64,000 nt of DNA from Geosiphon pyriformis uo1 (lineage: Eukaryota > Fungi > Glomeromycota). How positions within the stretch are numbered: position 1 is the stretch's first letter; each line of letters starts with the position of its first letter. Made by a program: the position numbers and the translations under genes. Location: positions 1-64,000 of the forward strand of contig JAAOMT010000305.1 of assembly GCA_016748015.1 (NCBI GenBank). Reading direction: 5' to 3'. Under the pieces are notes generated by a model. That model was not told the origin of the DNA. It ran no database searches and was given only the letters and a program-made list of their open reading frames with translations. Below, one piece after another: positions 14,175 to 28,334 of this stretch.

Positions 14175-17100
14175 GAAAACTTATTTGTATTATTTATTAA
14201 TTGAATTTTTTAAAAAAATATTTATATTATTATTAATTAATAAAAGTTTTATTGTTAAAATTAGAAAAAACACTAAAAATTATTAATATTCTATGCTTTT
14301 AAATTAAAAAACACTTTAAACAATTATAAAAATAGTCTTAAAAAAAACTTTGCTAATAATAAATAGATTTAAATAGATTTTTAAAAAAAGTATATAAATA
14401 TATATAATAAATAAAATTTGAAAAATAATTTATTTTTAATATTAATAAAAATTTTTTTAGTATTATATTATATAAATAAAATTGAAAAATTTATAAAAAA
14501 TTAATTATAATTAAAATAAAAATATTAATAATTAATATATTAAAAAAATATTTTTATTTAATCAGCTTAATTTTTAAAATTAGATAATTTAATAATATAA
14601 TTAAATAAAAATATATAAAAAACATATTTTGTTTTACTTTTAAGATTAGTAAAAATTGATTAAAGATTAATATATTAATTAAAAGCTAATTTAAACCAAA
14701 AATACAATATATTTTTGTTATTATTATTTAAAACCAAAAAAAATTTTATTTATAATCATAATAAAACTAAATATTATAATTAATATTAATAATATAAAAT
14801 TAACAAAAATACAAGAAAAAGCAAAACAAATCAAAGTTTTAACTTTTATAAAAAAATAGACTTTAAACAATAAAATTATTAAAAATACCAAAAAAAATAT
14901 TTTAACATTTCAAAAAAATTGTTATTAAATATAACAAAAATAAAAAATTATCTTTTAACTGTTTTAATTTTTTTGGTTATTTAAGCAATAATAATAAAAA
15001 AACAAAAAAATAATAATTTGGTTTATTAAATATTTTAAAACTTTTAATCAAAAATAAAAAAATGTTTTTAGAATAATAAAAAACTTTTTTTATTAAATTA
15101 AATTACTTATAATATGTATTATTATTTATGTTTTAATTTTAATTATATTTAAAAATAAATTAATAAGTTTATAATTAAAAAGCTTTAAAATAAATTTAAT
15201 AAGTTTTTTTTGATTTTATAAGTAATTACATTTTTTTATAAAATTACAGATTATATTTATATAATATTATTACTTTTATAAATATTATATAGCTTTTATA
15301 AAATAATAAAATAATATTTTAATATTTTTATATATTTTTAAGAATATATAATTACAAAATAATACTTTGCTATTAATAATACTTGTATTATCTTTAAATA
15401 TAATTAAAAAAATAAATATAATATTTTTAAAAAACTTGTATTAAAAGATTAATAACAAAAAATAAAAACTTAATTAATAAACTGTTTTTTTATTATATAT
15501 AGATAATTATTTAAAGCTAATAAATATTAGTATTTAACAATTTGTAATATTAAATATAATTATAAGTTATATAATAATATTGTTGAATATTTTGCTGTTT
15601 AATAACTTAAATCTAAATAAAAAGTATTAGTTTTATAAATATTAGATATAAGTATTATATTAAAAACAATTTTAATAGTATTATAACAATAAAATCTTGA
15701 ATAATATATATTTTTAAAGATTATTTATAATAAACAGACATATTTTCGAAAAATAAAGCTTGCTAATTATTTATATATATTAATATTATTAAAAATACTT
15801 AAAAAAACCAATTATTAATATAATTATATTTATAATATTGCCAATAAAGTTACATATTTGTTTTATATATATTCTAAATATATTTTTTTTATAAATTGTA
15901 TATATAAAACAAATTGATTTTAAATATTTATGTTTTTTATTATTGGCATAAATAATTTTAATATATCTTTTATAATTATTATTGTTTTTATTTATAAAAA
16001 AACACAAATATATTATTAATAAGTTTTAAAATAAGGTATAAAACTTTATATATATATTAAACTAATTTTATTATTATAAACTAAAAATATATATTAATAT
16101 ATTTATTTTGTATTTGACATATTTAAAAAAATATATTTACTAATTATAAAAAGTATTTTGCAAATAAAAATAATTAAAACAATTTTTATTTTAAATAGAT
16201 TAATATTTAATCTGTATTATTATAAGTATTAATATCAAATAAAATATATTAAGTTATAAATATTTAACAATTTTAGTTTTAACAAATTATTTATTAATAA
16301 TTTAAATTTTATATAAAAAAATTTATTATTGTTTAGATTAATAAGAATATATATTTTAATAATATTAATTTATTATAAGTAAATTATTAATATATTTAAT
16401 TAAAATATTATTTTAAAGTTTCAATAAAAAATTTATAAAATGTTTAATTATAAATATTATATATTTTTAAAAATATGATTAAAGAAATAAAATACAATAA
16501 AATATTAAGTATATTCAAATTTATTATAATTATAACATTTTTTTTTCAAAATATTATACAATAAATCTTAATTTTTATCTTAAAAACAGTTTATAAAAAG
16601 TATTTTCTTGTATAAAAACTATTAAATAATATTATAATATTTTGTTTTAATGTTTTTTTAATAACAAGTTTTTTATAAAAATATTAAATTCAATAAACTT
16701 ATTATTAAAAAAAAATTTCTATAAATTAATTTTATTTTATTTGGTATTTAATAAATACAAATTATATTTTTACAATAATTAATTGTAAAGTTAATATTTT
16801 AATAATTATCTTAAGTTTAAATTTATTTTTTAAAAATATAAATTAAACATATTAACTTTTAATATTATATTAACAAGAAACAATATATACTTAATTAATT
16901 CAAATTTTAATTATATTTTTTGCAATTAAAAATTTTTTTAATAAACAAACTTAAGAATATTTTTTAGTGTTTTAAAGTATTTTTAATAAAGTAATACTTA
17001 TTAAAATTATTTATTTGACAAAATTTATTTCAATTTTAAATTATTAAAAATATTTTTTTTAAATTTAAGTATATAAATATAAATTTTATAAAAAACAAGA

Positions 17101-17379
17101 CTATAATATTCGAATTTGTTTACAATAAAATGTTTTTTAATTATAAAATATTATAAATTACTTAAAATATATAAAAAATTAAATTCAAATTTTATAACAT
17201 TCAAAATTAATATTTTAAATTAACTAGCTACTAATTTCAATAGTTTATTTAGTTTTTTACTTAATTTTGAACAGAATTTATGCAATAAATTATTTTTAAT
17301 TATTATCAAAATTATGTTTTTTATTTTTTTTTAATTTATTATAAATTATTAGAATCTTATAATGAAAAATACTGTAGAA

Positions 17380-17600
17380 AATTTGATTTTTATAGCAAAA
17401 TAATTACATAATTTATTAAAAAAACCTGTAATAAAAAGATTTTTACAAAAAAATTAACTTTTAATACAAAGTAATTATAAAAAATAATTGGTATAAAATT
17501 AATCTATATCATAAGTTTAACAATATAAATAGTTTTTAAAGTATAAAGAATACTTTAAAAAAAATTTATTAACAAAATAACAACAATAAAAAAAAACCAT
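17380..17600 (+). repeat. Dispersed AT-rich repeat, copy 1 (homologous to ~37565-37790)
   Basis: Colinear shared blocks: aaaataattaca, aaaaattaactttta, aaaataattggtata, tttaacaatata, taaagtataaa. Confidence 0.7.
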
Positions 17601-20600
17601 TAATAATAATATAATATTATATTAGTTTAATTAAAATTAAAATTAGATTATATATTTAGTTATATTTATGTATTTATATAATTTGAATTATTAATTAAAA
17701 TATAAATAATTGATAATTTTATAAAATAATAATAAAATATAATTTGATTAATATATAATAGTAAATAATAAAAATTATAAAATTAATTTTATGTTAATTT
17801 TTATTTATTTTTTAGTTAGTAATAATATGTTGTAGATAAATTAATTTAGCAATTCTCTATATTAATTAATATTTTTATTTAAATATAAAAAACTTAAAAA
17901 ATCTTATATAATTTAACAAAACAACTTATTTTTAAAAAATACAAATTTTTTTTATATTTAATATAATTAATATAATTATTTTTATATATTTTAATTTTAT
18001 TATGTTTAAATTTTTTATAATTTTTTTTTAAGCTTAATTATAATAAATAATAAATAATAAATATATATTTTATTTATAATATATATATAAACAAAACTTC
18101 TATTTTTATTAAACAAAAAGTTTAAGACTAATATATATTTTTAAACATTTTATATTTTATTAATTCTAAATTTAACCAGTTTTTTTACTTTTGTCAAAAT
18201 ATTTTAATAATAAAATAAGACTATTTATTAATTAAAAATACAAAAAAGTTTTATTTGTTTACATTTTATTTTTATTAATAATATTGTAATACTTTAAAAC
18301 TATATATATATATATTAATAAATAAAAATCAAGTCACTAAATATATTATTTATAATTTAAATTAAAATAATTTATAAGTGTTAAAATATTGTATCTGCTC
18401 CTAATATTTATTTTTAATTTACTTATAAAGTTTTTATTATTATTAAAAGACACTATATTAAGTTTTTCTTATAATTTACTTAATTAATACTGTTTAAAAA
18501 AGATATATAGATATTATTTTTATCATACATACTATTATTTCAGTTTGTCAATAAGCTGTTGAATTTTTTGTTTATTTTACTTCTACATTTAAAATTAATA
18601 AAAACACTATTTATAATCTTAAAAATTATTTAAATTATAAATAATATTTGATAAATAAATATTACAATATATAAAATCTTTTTCATAAAGTGTTTTTAGT
18701 TTAGTTTGCAAACTACATATTATTACTTATATTGTTTTTTTATTTTTCAACAAATGTTTAAGACTATATATCTTTAGTTTAACTGTATATCTTCTTAGAC
18801 TTTTTTAATTAACTTTAAAAAATAGTGTTTTAAAGATTTAAATGAGTCTATAATAATTTTTGACAAGCTTATACATAACTTTTAATATATTAATATATTT
18901 GCAATTTTTTTTTAAGCCATAAAATTTACTCTCTTAAACAATTTTTTTAATATAATTTTTAAAAAAAATAATTGTAAAATATTCAAGATTTAGTGGCTTA
19001 TCAAAAGAAATTATTTTAATAAACAAACATTTTTTGTGATTATAATTTTAGGAATATAAACAATATTAATGCATATTTTGACAGCTGTATATTGAACTTT
19101 AAGATTATACAAATAAAATTCTATGGACAGTAAAACCAATATCTTGCTAAAATTATTAATTATATAAAAGTACATAATGTTCTTTGTTATAGAAAAACAA
19201 ATAAAAAATTAAATATTTTCGAAATAAAATAAATTGAGTTTATTAAACTTAGATATAAGTTTTTTTTGGCAGTTTCAAGATTAATTTATGTAGTTTTCTC
19301 TTTATTTTTTATTACTACTATATTTTTAACATATTTAAGAAGATAAATCTAGTATTTTTTATTATTACTAAAGTGTTTTTTGATTTTATTGTATATTTTC
19401 TTAAAAAACAAAGTATAAAATTAATATTAAATATAAAAATAACAACTAATAAACACCAAAAACAGCATATAAAATAAAAATACACTTCTCAGTCATATTA
19501 TAAGAAAATTTAATTTAAAAATTAAAGTTACTGTAAAGTAATTTTAGAAACATATAATTAAAATATCTATATATATAATTAGCTCTATTTTGGTTTTAAT
19601 TTAGATAAATTTTATTTTAAAAAAAGCATTTTTGACTATTAATGCTAATTTATTCTTTCTATTTATTTTATTAAAATAAATAGAGTTATCAAGTTGTACA
19701 AACTGGCAGTTATTAAAATAAAATAATATTATTAATTATAAATAGAATAAAAATAGCTAATATAAAAATCAAGATTATTTTTTTTTAAGTTTAAGTAATT
19801 AATTATGAAAAGCTTTACTAGAAAAAATATATTAATAAAGTTTACCAATTAATCAACATAAATTAGCAAAGTATTAAATAATTAAATAAAATTTTTATAT
19901 AAAAATTTAGTTTTGTTAAACTTTATTGTTTAAATTATTAAAAACTAAAAAACTATTAATATTAATATATAAATTTATATTAAAATATACAATATTATTG
20001 TGTAATTTTTTTAAAAAATATTTAAGTTTTACAAGTAAAATAATATTTAAAAATATTCAAATTGCAAGTATAATATACATAAATTAGTTATTATTCAAAG
20101 TCATAAACTTTGTTCCCAATATTTAAGTTATAAATTACAAAATCATTATTTATTAATATATTTTGTAATTTTTGTATTTGTATTTTCTATTTGTTTTTGT
20201 TTATTTTCAACTTTTTTTTTGCTTTTTTAGATATATTTTTTTTTATCTACTTGTTTTTTTGTTTTTTATTTATATTTTTTTTTAAACTTTTTTAATTTAT
20301 CTCTTTTCTTATTTTTTTTAAATTTTTTTAGCTTTTTTATACATTTTTTATAATAGATTATAGAAATTTTTAATTGATATTTAATTTTGTTAACTTTAGT
20401 CATAGTGTTTTACATATTTGTTATAATTTAAAAAAATATAATTTAACATATATTTAGTTTGTATTAATAATATTTTAGATTTTTAATTAATAATTATTGT
20501 TTTATATATTTTAATATTAAATTAATTTTATTTTATTGTTTTAAAATAAATATAATTTAATTAAAACTTAAAATATATAACAAAAATATTACTTATATAT

Positions 20601-20739
20601 TTTTTATATATAACTAATAATTTAAGTTATATAAATTAAAAAAACTATTTATTTTTATTTTATTTTATTTTTTATTTAAAGACTTATTTAATATTTTATT
20701 TTAAACATATTTATATATTTAAGTTTAATAATTTTTATA

Positions 20740-22726
20740 TTTTTTTTATTATTATTATGAATTTAATGAATAAAGCTTAATCATTATTTAGTACATAGAA
20801 CCAAACTAAGTGGATTAAACTAAATACAGCTCATGCACTTTCTACATATGGCCAGCCATTCAAACCAGACAAGACAATATTACACATCTATACAAACACA
20901 TATATCACCACCTAAATTAGAAAAGAAACAACACAATCTGTGTCTACCAAAACTAACTGCAAAAAATTCAATAATACCAAGCATATGAACTATTCCATTA
21001 GATAATATAGATACTAAACAATGAAACAAACCTAAAATCATACTATTTTTCTTAATCAAGCCAGTCTTTTCTATATTCATCTTATGTTTAGACCTAATAA
21101 ATCACATCTTAGTATAATATAGTTCCATCATCTATCTGACATAATCAACAAGAGCCAAAAGAGCATTTTCTTTTTCTTTAAAGCTTAAAACAGCCTTAGC
21201 ATACCATTTGCATAAAACAAAATCTTTGTAAATTGCAGTATATAGATCTGTATCTGAAAAATATGATAAAAAAAAGTACAAGATAGCTAATATAAATGAG
21301 CAAAAAAGACCTGTTAACAATATTTATCTCTTGGCAGTTTCAGCCAAAATGTCTTTACAAAGACTAATATCACTAGAGCATATAAAAGCATGGTCAGACA
21401 ACTCCATCTTATCACACAGCAAACACAGCACTCCAAAATAATTTTTGTTATACAATTTCTTTCTAACTGTCACAGGCAGTTTTTTATGTACTGTTTTTAT
21501 TAAATATGTCTGCAAATTTGCCAACTTTTAACTAGTAAATTTAGAGAGCATGTGTGAATCTAGTTGTCAAATCTTTATAGTAGTATTTCAATCTATTTTC
21601 CTAATTATTACACTCAAAACTATATTACAATTAGAATTAGCCTTCAATTGAACATGACAAATTGATTAGTATATGTTATAAACAAAATAACAAACATTAC
21701 CAAATACAGTATTACTTTCAGCAACCAAAAATCATTTCCAAATCCCAATTGGCAAAAAAAGAGAAGAGGAAGTAATTTCATCTGCCATTGTGTCTGTTTT
21801 AATATTGCTTGACACCCCCAAATGTATTTTACAAAAATGTCTTTATTTCTAAAAAGATTAACTATATGCAATCGCTTAATCCAACAACTATTACAGAAGT
21901 TAGACACAGCCAATAAAGTTTTAGATACATAAGTATTAATAGCAGATTGGCTGTCCAAATAAAAAACCACAGAGCATGAAGATAGAACACACTTCAAAGC
22001 CAAAACAACAGTTTGTAACTTAGCCATGGTGGAAAACAGAAGTTTATTTATCTTTACTTCAACACCTCATTATACTACCAGAAAGTAAGCAGCCATCCCA
22101 CCTATTACTTTAGTTGAACCAGTACTCTTTAAAGACCCATTTATGTAAATCTTGATATAATCAAACCAAACTTTCACCAAGTTATTTTGCATATCAGATA
22201 ATATTTTAGACTTCAAGACATCTACCACTGGCATTCCAAGAACTACAGCAAACTCAACTTCTAAAAAGACACTTTTGTTTAAAAACTTGGATGTCAACAC
22301 AAACTAATAAGGCATAGAGCTCTTTGGATTTAATTTTTTTTAATATTAGAATGTTTTTCAGTTTATTACCCTCTCTTTTTTGTCCAATAACCTGTTACCA
22401 AAAGCAATACCAAACCATTTCAAAAATAGGACTAAATCAAAATACAAAACTTGATCCAAGATATGAGACATTGGGAATCTACCAGACCCATAAAAAGCAT
22501 TAAGTAAATTATTTACCAAAGACAACTTATTTTTTAAAAAATCTTCTCCATTTCAGCCAAAAAATTGTTTACTAGACTAACATGTAGCCTGACAAAAAAT
22601 TGTAAAGAATTCATAAGAAACTACTTCAGAACTTGCAAATTTAAAAATCTATGTTCAAATAAATGACCTAAAATACCATAAGCATTGAAAAAAAATATCA
22701 AAGCAGTAAGCTTCTCTTTAGACTGT
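20740..22726 (-). mobile_element. LINE 3' portion (post-RT region, RNase H, CCHC, 3' UTR, poly-A)
   Basis: Minus ORFs match ORF2 C-terminus (IYINGSL, MAKLQ..ALKC, YLDSQ, LCLLCDKMELSDHAFIC); 3' UTR at 20761-20880; T-run at ~20740. Confidence 0.9.
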
Positions 22727-23352
22727 TGTTACGGGATGGTTTTCTTGTTATATTTAATTGCTGATATCTCATTTTAATTGCAATCAGTCTTTCATGAGTT
22801 TCTCAATTCTATTTGTGTGATAATGTCACTGTTATACTGAAGGCTTTCTTTTTAATATTGCAATGTAAGTTATTCTTCAATTCCTAATTGTTGTATGTGT
22901 TTATGTACTCTTTCTCAGAGGCTGAACTGAAATCTACCCACTGTCTGGGGTCTTCTCTGAGACTATCCTTGCAATTGCCTGATGTGTTTCTCTAATCTAA
23001 AAACACAGAATGTTAATGGTCTTTAGCACTTTTTCTAATTCTTATAATAAAGCTTTTATCAATTAGTAACAATGTGAATAATCTTGATCAAGGATTATTC
23101 TTCCAAGAGATTCAGTTGATGAATGATAGTTTTATTCAATAAATAATACAAGTAAGTTTCTTAATACTTTAGGTTGTGATAATTCAGTTTTAAATATTCT
23201 TTTTCATTTCTTTTTGATTTAAAGGTTTCTTGGGATATTTAATTTGAAAGTATGATTTAAAGTGGAGTTTGTTGGATAAAATTGGATTTATTGCTTGATA
23301 AGTTATGATTTTTATTACTTGATTTCTTTTCCTAATATTAAAACTACTGTAT

Positions 23353-23371
23353 AGATGTGTATAAGAGACAG
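23353..23371 (+). other. Tn5 mosaic end / Nextera adapter (assembly contamination)
   Basis: Exact AGATGTGTATAAGAGACAG; gives the characteristic VSYTHL and CLLYTS translations in the ORF track. Confidence 0.97.
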
Positions 23372-24094
23372 ATATTATATGGTTCAAAATTATGTTCTTT
23401 TCTTGTTTTTGGATTTTCTATTGTTCTTTTTATGTATGTTATCTTGGAGCTATTAACTGTAATTTCCAGATTGGATTTTAATTGTTGTAAGCTTTCAACT
23501 AATTGTTGAGTTATATTGTTGATGTTTTTTGGAATAAGTATCATTGTTTTAATTTTGACTGCTATTTTGGAATTTTTTGCATGTGTTTTTATGGTTGTTA
23601 AATCATTTTTGCCATGATCTAAGATTAATTATCTTTTTAAATAATGTTCAATTAAAACTATTGGTTCTAAATCTCGTGAAATTTGTTCTGGTAGAATTAA
23701 AGATAATTGTGTTCCAATTCTGGGTGTTTTTGTTGTTATTACTGGTTTACTGTAATAGAATTTCAGCCAGTTACCATGTGCTGGTTTTTTACTTCAGTGC
23801 TTAAATATCTAATGGTGGTTTTTTTTGGTATTTCAATAATATCTCCTGTTGTATTGTGAATGGGTATTTTGATATGTTTTGGGTTTTTGGCTGATATGTA
23901 AAAATTAATAAATCCAATCTTTCTGAATTTACAGATGGTAGTTTTAACTTCAAAAATTTGAGCTTGATCTTTTACTTTTCTTTCTATGGCTAATATGTAC
24001 TGGTTATATGGCAAAATAAAAATTAATTGATAGATAAAGATAATTTCTTTTTTGTTAATAGCTTTTTCTTCTATTATGTTGACTGGTATATCTA

Positions 24095-24500
24095 TTCTAT
24101 TCGTAGATCTAAATTCACTTATTCTTCTTGCTGTCATTTTTAATTTTTTTCTGTTTTCTATTGGTACTAATTAAGCTATTTTTAACCAGAGGCAGAAATA
24201 TTGCCTGTGCTATTTTTTTGTTTGGCTTTATAATATAGGCCTTTTCTGAGTCATTTTGTAATATTGCAATAATATTTTTTATATATTCTGCATCAATTAT
24301 TCCTTTTTTGATATTAATCTCTTTTTTTGTTAAACTACTCTTCAATACTAGTTGAACTATTGTTGTTGCTAAGATTTTCAGTGCTACTTTTAGATTAATA
24401 CAGGTGCATAAATGTGGTTTTAATTTAATGGCCTTTTTTCTGGAATATCTCAAATCAAATTCTGTATCAGTATTATATACACATTTTAGCATAATATCTT
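24095..24500 (-). pseudogene. dut: dUTPase domain within Gypsy pol (copy A)
   Basis: TDTEFDL (motif I), KSSL (II), GIIDAEY (III), KKIAQAIF (IV); motif V region follows after a frameshift. Confidence 0.85.
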
Positions 24501-27500
24501 CATTATTATCACTAAATCATTTGAGTTCTTGCTTTTTAAAAAGATTAAAGAGCACAATATATTGTTTAGAGTTTGAATTAGAGTTCAAATAGTCATTGTT
24601 ATTATTGCCATTTTAAATAAAACTGGAATTGTTATTGTCATCATCATTGTCAGAGTTTGAATTGGGATTAAATGTTGATTCCGATTCCAATACACAGTTG
24701 TTAATTGGTTCTTTTTTTTTTGAAATCATGTAGATTATGTGTGATAGTGAATTGTAAACAACATCACAATTATTACAATACTCAAAGTTATTAGGAATGA
24801 GGCAATGTTTGCAGAGTTTTGCATTTAATTGTTTTAACTGCTGTTCTTGCTTTTTTTTCGTGAGTACTAATTTTTGATAGTGTTTGTGGAATTGTTCTGG
24901 ATCTATGAGATCTAAGACAACATTGGGATTTAGAGTCCAATCAAGTTCAATGGGTTTAAGTAAGTTGTTTTTAATTTGTTTTATTTCTTTTGATAATATG
25001 TCTTCAATTTTGGCAAGGATTATTTGCCATATTTCATTATTATTATGTAAACAATTATCTAATTGTTTTACTGCTTTTCTTTAAACATTGTCTATTGGCA
25101 TTTTTTTTTATCTAGTTATTAATTAGAATTATGTATTGGCACAATTTGTTACATATTCTTCCTTGTCCTAGAATGGCATTCCATATTCTTTTGTCTAAAA
25201 AAGTTTTCCTACAAGTGAAACATGGTTTGTTGTCCTATTTTCCCTGTCTTTTGGGTTATTCAAAGCATTCAAAGATGTATAGATAACAATAATATTTTGT
25301 TACTGTTGGCTATTCTTTATTGTCATTACAATATGTGCCCATTGTCAACAATTTTTTGCTACAATCAATGCATATTAGTTTGGGTCAACAGTAGGTTGAA
25401 TTGGGGTGACTGGTAATGTATAGAATATAAGTAGAGATTATTGCTTGGGAATTTTTTTTCTCTTTTTCCTTCTCTTTTCTTTTTTTCTCTCATGTAAGCA
25501 TTAATGATAAGTTGTTATGATCTTTGTTAGTCCATGAGACTTGGTAGGCTTCCCAAATAGGTTTTTTTTTCTCTTCTTTCAAATCAATTAGTGAGACTTA
25601 AGTGATGTTGACTGGTTTAAAATAACCACATATGGTTGGTACTCAAGTGTGCTGACTATTTTGGCTAAATTGCAATTTCTGAGTGGTTTAGTCAAACACA
25701 GTGTTTGTCTTAAACAACCAGTCATTACCAACTAAAGCTTGATACTAAGTGGCTTCCATAATAAAAACTTTGATTAGTATATTAATGCCATTAACTTTAA
25801 ACAGGAAGTCATTTATTTTGCCAATTGGAGTTTTTGTCATTCCATCAGCAGTGATAATTTAAATTCTAGTAATGCAATCAATTCAGTGACTTAATTGGTC
25901 CATAAGTTGTTATGTAATAATATTGCTTACTGACCTGCTGTTTAAAATTAATTTGATGAGATGGTTATTAACTTTGGTGTTAATATATATTGCAGTAATA
26001 AGTTTGGTGTTGAGAGCAGTTCCACTAAAAAGTGACATAGTTGATTCCTCGAGTTTGAAGAGAAAAATAGCTGTTAGTGATTTGTTTTTAATAATGGTTG
26101 CTGGAGGTATATTATTAGTAAGTGGCTTTTGGTTGGCTTTCTGGTTGTTGGATATAATATTTTCTGGAGTAATCAGAAGACTTAAATAGTTCTAAAAATT
26201 TAGGTTTTAAATATATTTGGTTTTTAAACTCTGTTGTTATGATCCTGATGATTGGGTTGAGAAATTGAAAATTAGTTAGTGCATGACTATCACCAATCTT
26301 CAGTCTTGTTAAGTATGGGTAATTCTTAATCTTTGGGTTCCAGTGACTAATTAAGCTGACTTTTATGGCAGTATTTGAATTGGTGAAGTTTGATAAATTA
26401 TTTGTAACTGTAGTGGTTAATAGATTATGAGTGCTGGTGCCTGATAGATTGGAAATAAGTATAATTGTTGTATTATTGGTGGGTAATGTTGTTAATATTG
26501 ATCTTGATTTGGGTGATGATTTGAAGTTTAAAATTAGCAATTAGAGTTTTAATATTGGCTTTTTGATTGTTGGTTATCTAATCTTAATTGGCAATCTATT
26601 TTTAAATGTACCTGTTTACCACAGTAATAACAGGCATGTGTCTTTTGCTACCACAGCTGATTTGTTAATAACAATAGACATAACTGATTTTGAAAACAAT
26701 TTGAGTTTCCTGAGTTATTGCATCACTGTGGTGGTTGATAAATTGTCTAATTGTTAGCTAAGTATCTCTCAATTTTCTGGTTGATGAAATTACTGAATTG
26801 TTTTATTTTGGAATCCAAGTTAAATAATCTATTTATTACTAAATTAATGGCTTGGATGTGATTAGTTTTGAGTTTAGCTGCTTCAAAATCTTTGGCATAA
26901 ATGACTACAACTTAAAGGTCTGCTGAATACAATGAACATACTTATTGGAGGATACTACTATACAGGTTATAGATAAACTGGTTTAAAATTTGTGGTGCTG
27001 TGAAATAGTTGGCATTAATTGCTTAGATCTGGTGCAAATTTCTATGAAAGCATTCCAAGTAAGTGGTAACTACTTTGGCATCTCCTTGTTTTATGGTGGT
27101 AAAGATATTGGCTAAGCAGTTAATACTGTTATATTACTAAAATATCTTAGAAACTTAAGTTTAAAGACATTGAAGTTTTGGGATTTATTTGCCAAGCTCT
27201 AATACCATAAATCAGCAGTGTTCTGTAAAAAATATGGGATTGTCTATAATGCTCTAGCATTATTTTATCCATTGGCTGTGATGGCTTTTTTCATATTATT
27301 GAGCCATACTTGAATGTCATCTTTTTTGTCAGTAAATTTTTCTATTTTGGCAATTGGGGCATATGCTATTAGTACAATTAGTTGTTGGAGTTGTTAAAGT
27401 TGTTGTTATAGTTGTGGTTGTAACTATTGAGGTGGTTTGACAATTGGTTTAATTTGTGGTTGATTAATTACGATTACTGGAGATAAGTGTTGATTAATAG

Positions 27501-28334
27501 TATTAGAGTTAAGATTATTCTGATTTTGTTAAGTTTAAATATTTAGAGTTTCAATTTCTGGGTTTTTTACAATCAGGTTTTGATAATTAAATTCTTGATT
27601 GTCATTTTTCTTTTCTTTTGGTTCCAATACTTTTCAAGAACTTGTGATTCTGAAATTTGGTTGAGATAGTGGCAATCAAAATTCTAATAGTGTTAGTAAT
27701 TATGATTTGAATCCTTTAAAGTAATCGCCATAGGTTTCTAATAACTCTGCTTTCTTTTGTTTACTTTGGAATAGAAGTTGAACTAATGATAATTTTGTAT
27801 TTGATGTTGATGTACCTGCTGATAAGATATTGATAACACTTTTAAGTATATAATAGTATAATGAATTGATTAGTAACTTAACTCTGATTTTTTTTTAAGT
27901 GAGTAGTTGTATTCTTTTGGGTATTACTACTGGTATTTATAGTTTTCTTTTGCCTTTGTCTATATAGGTAATGGAAAATTGTCATTAAGTGTACTTCTTA
28001 ATTTTTTGATTGATTTCACGGATAATTGGTGCAAACTGTAATTTTGTATTAAGCTAGTGTGTTGAATTAATTCTGTATAAAAATTTTCTCTTGCTGCTTC
28101 AATGTCAACTAGTCCTCCTAGAAAATCTTTGATTTTTTCATTAACATAAATGTTGAAGGCTGATTCTGCTAAATAATGATTGTTGTTTAATCTCAAGTGT
28201 TGACTATAGCATTAAAATAAAAATTTGGCAAATTTTAAATGGTTTGTCCTTATTATTTCTGATTCTGTCATTTTTAACTAATTGTGTATTGGTGCTGATT
28301 CTCTGTAGAATTATACTTTACAAAAAACACCAAA

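Noticed and set aside
3415-16007. Short I/K/N/F-rich ORFs (3415, 11798, 15789) and ORFs antisense to TE genes
   Set aside because: Compositional or shadow ORFs with no recognisable motifs.
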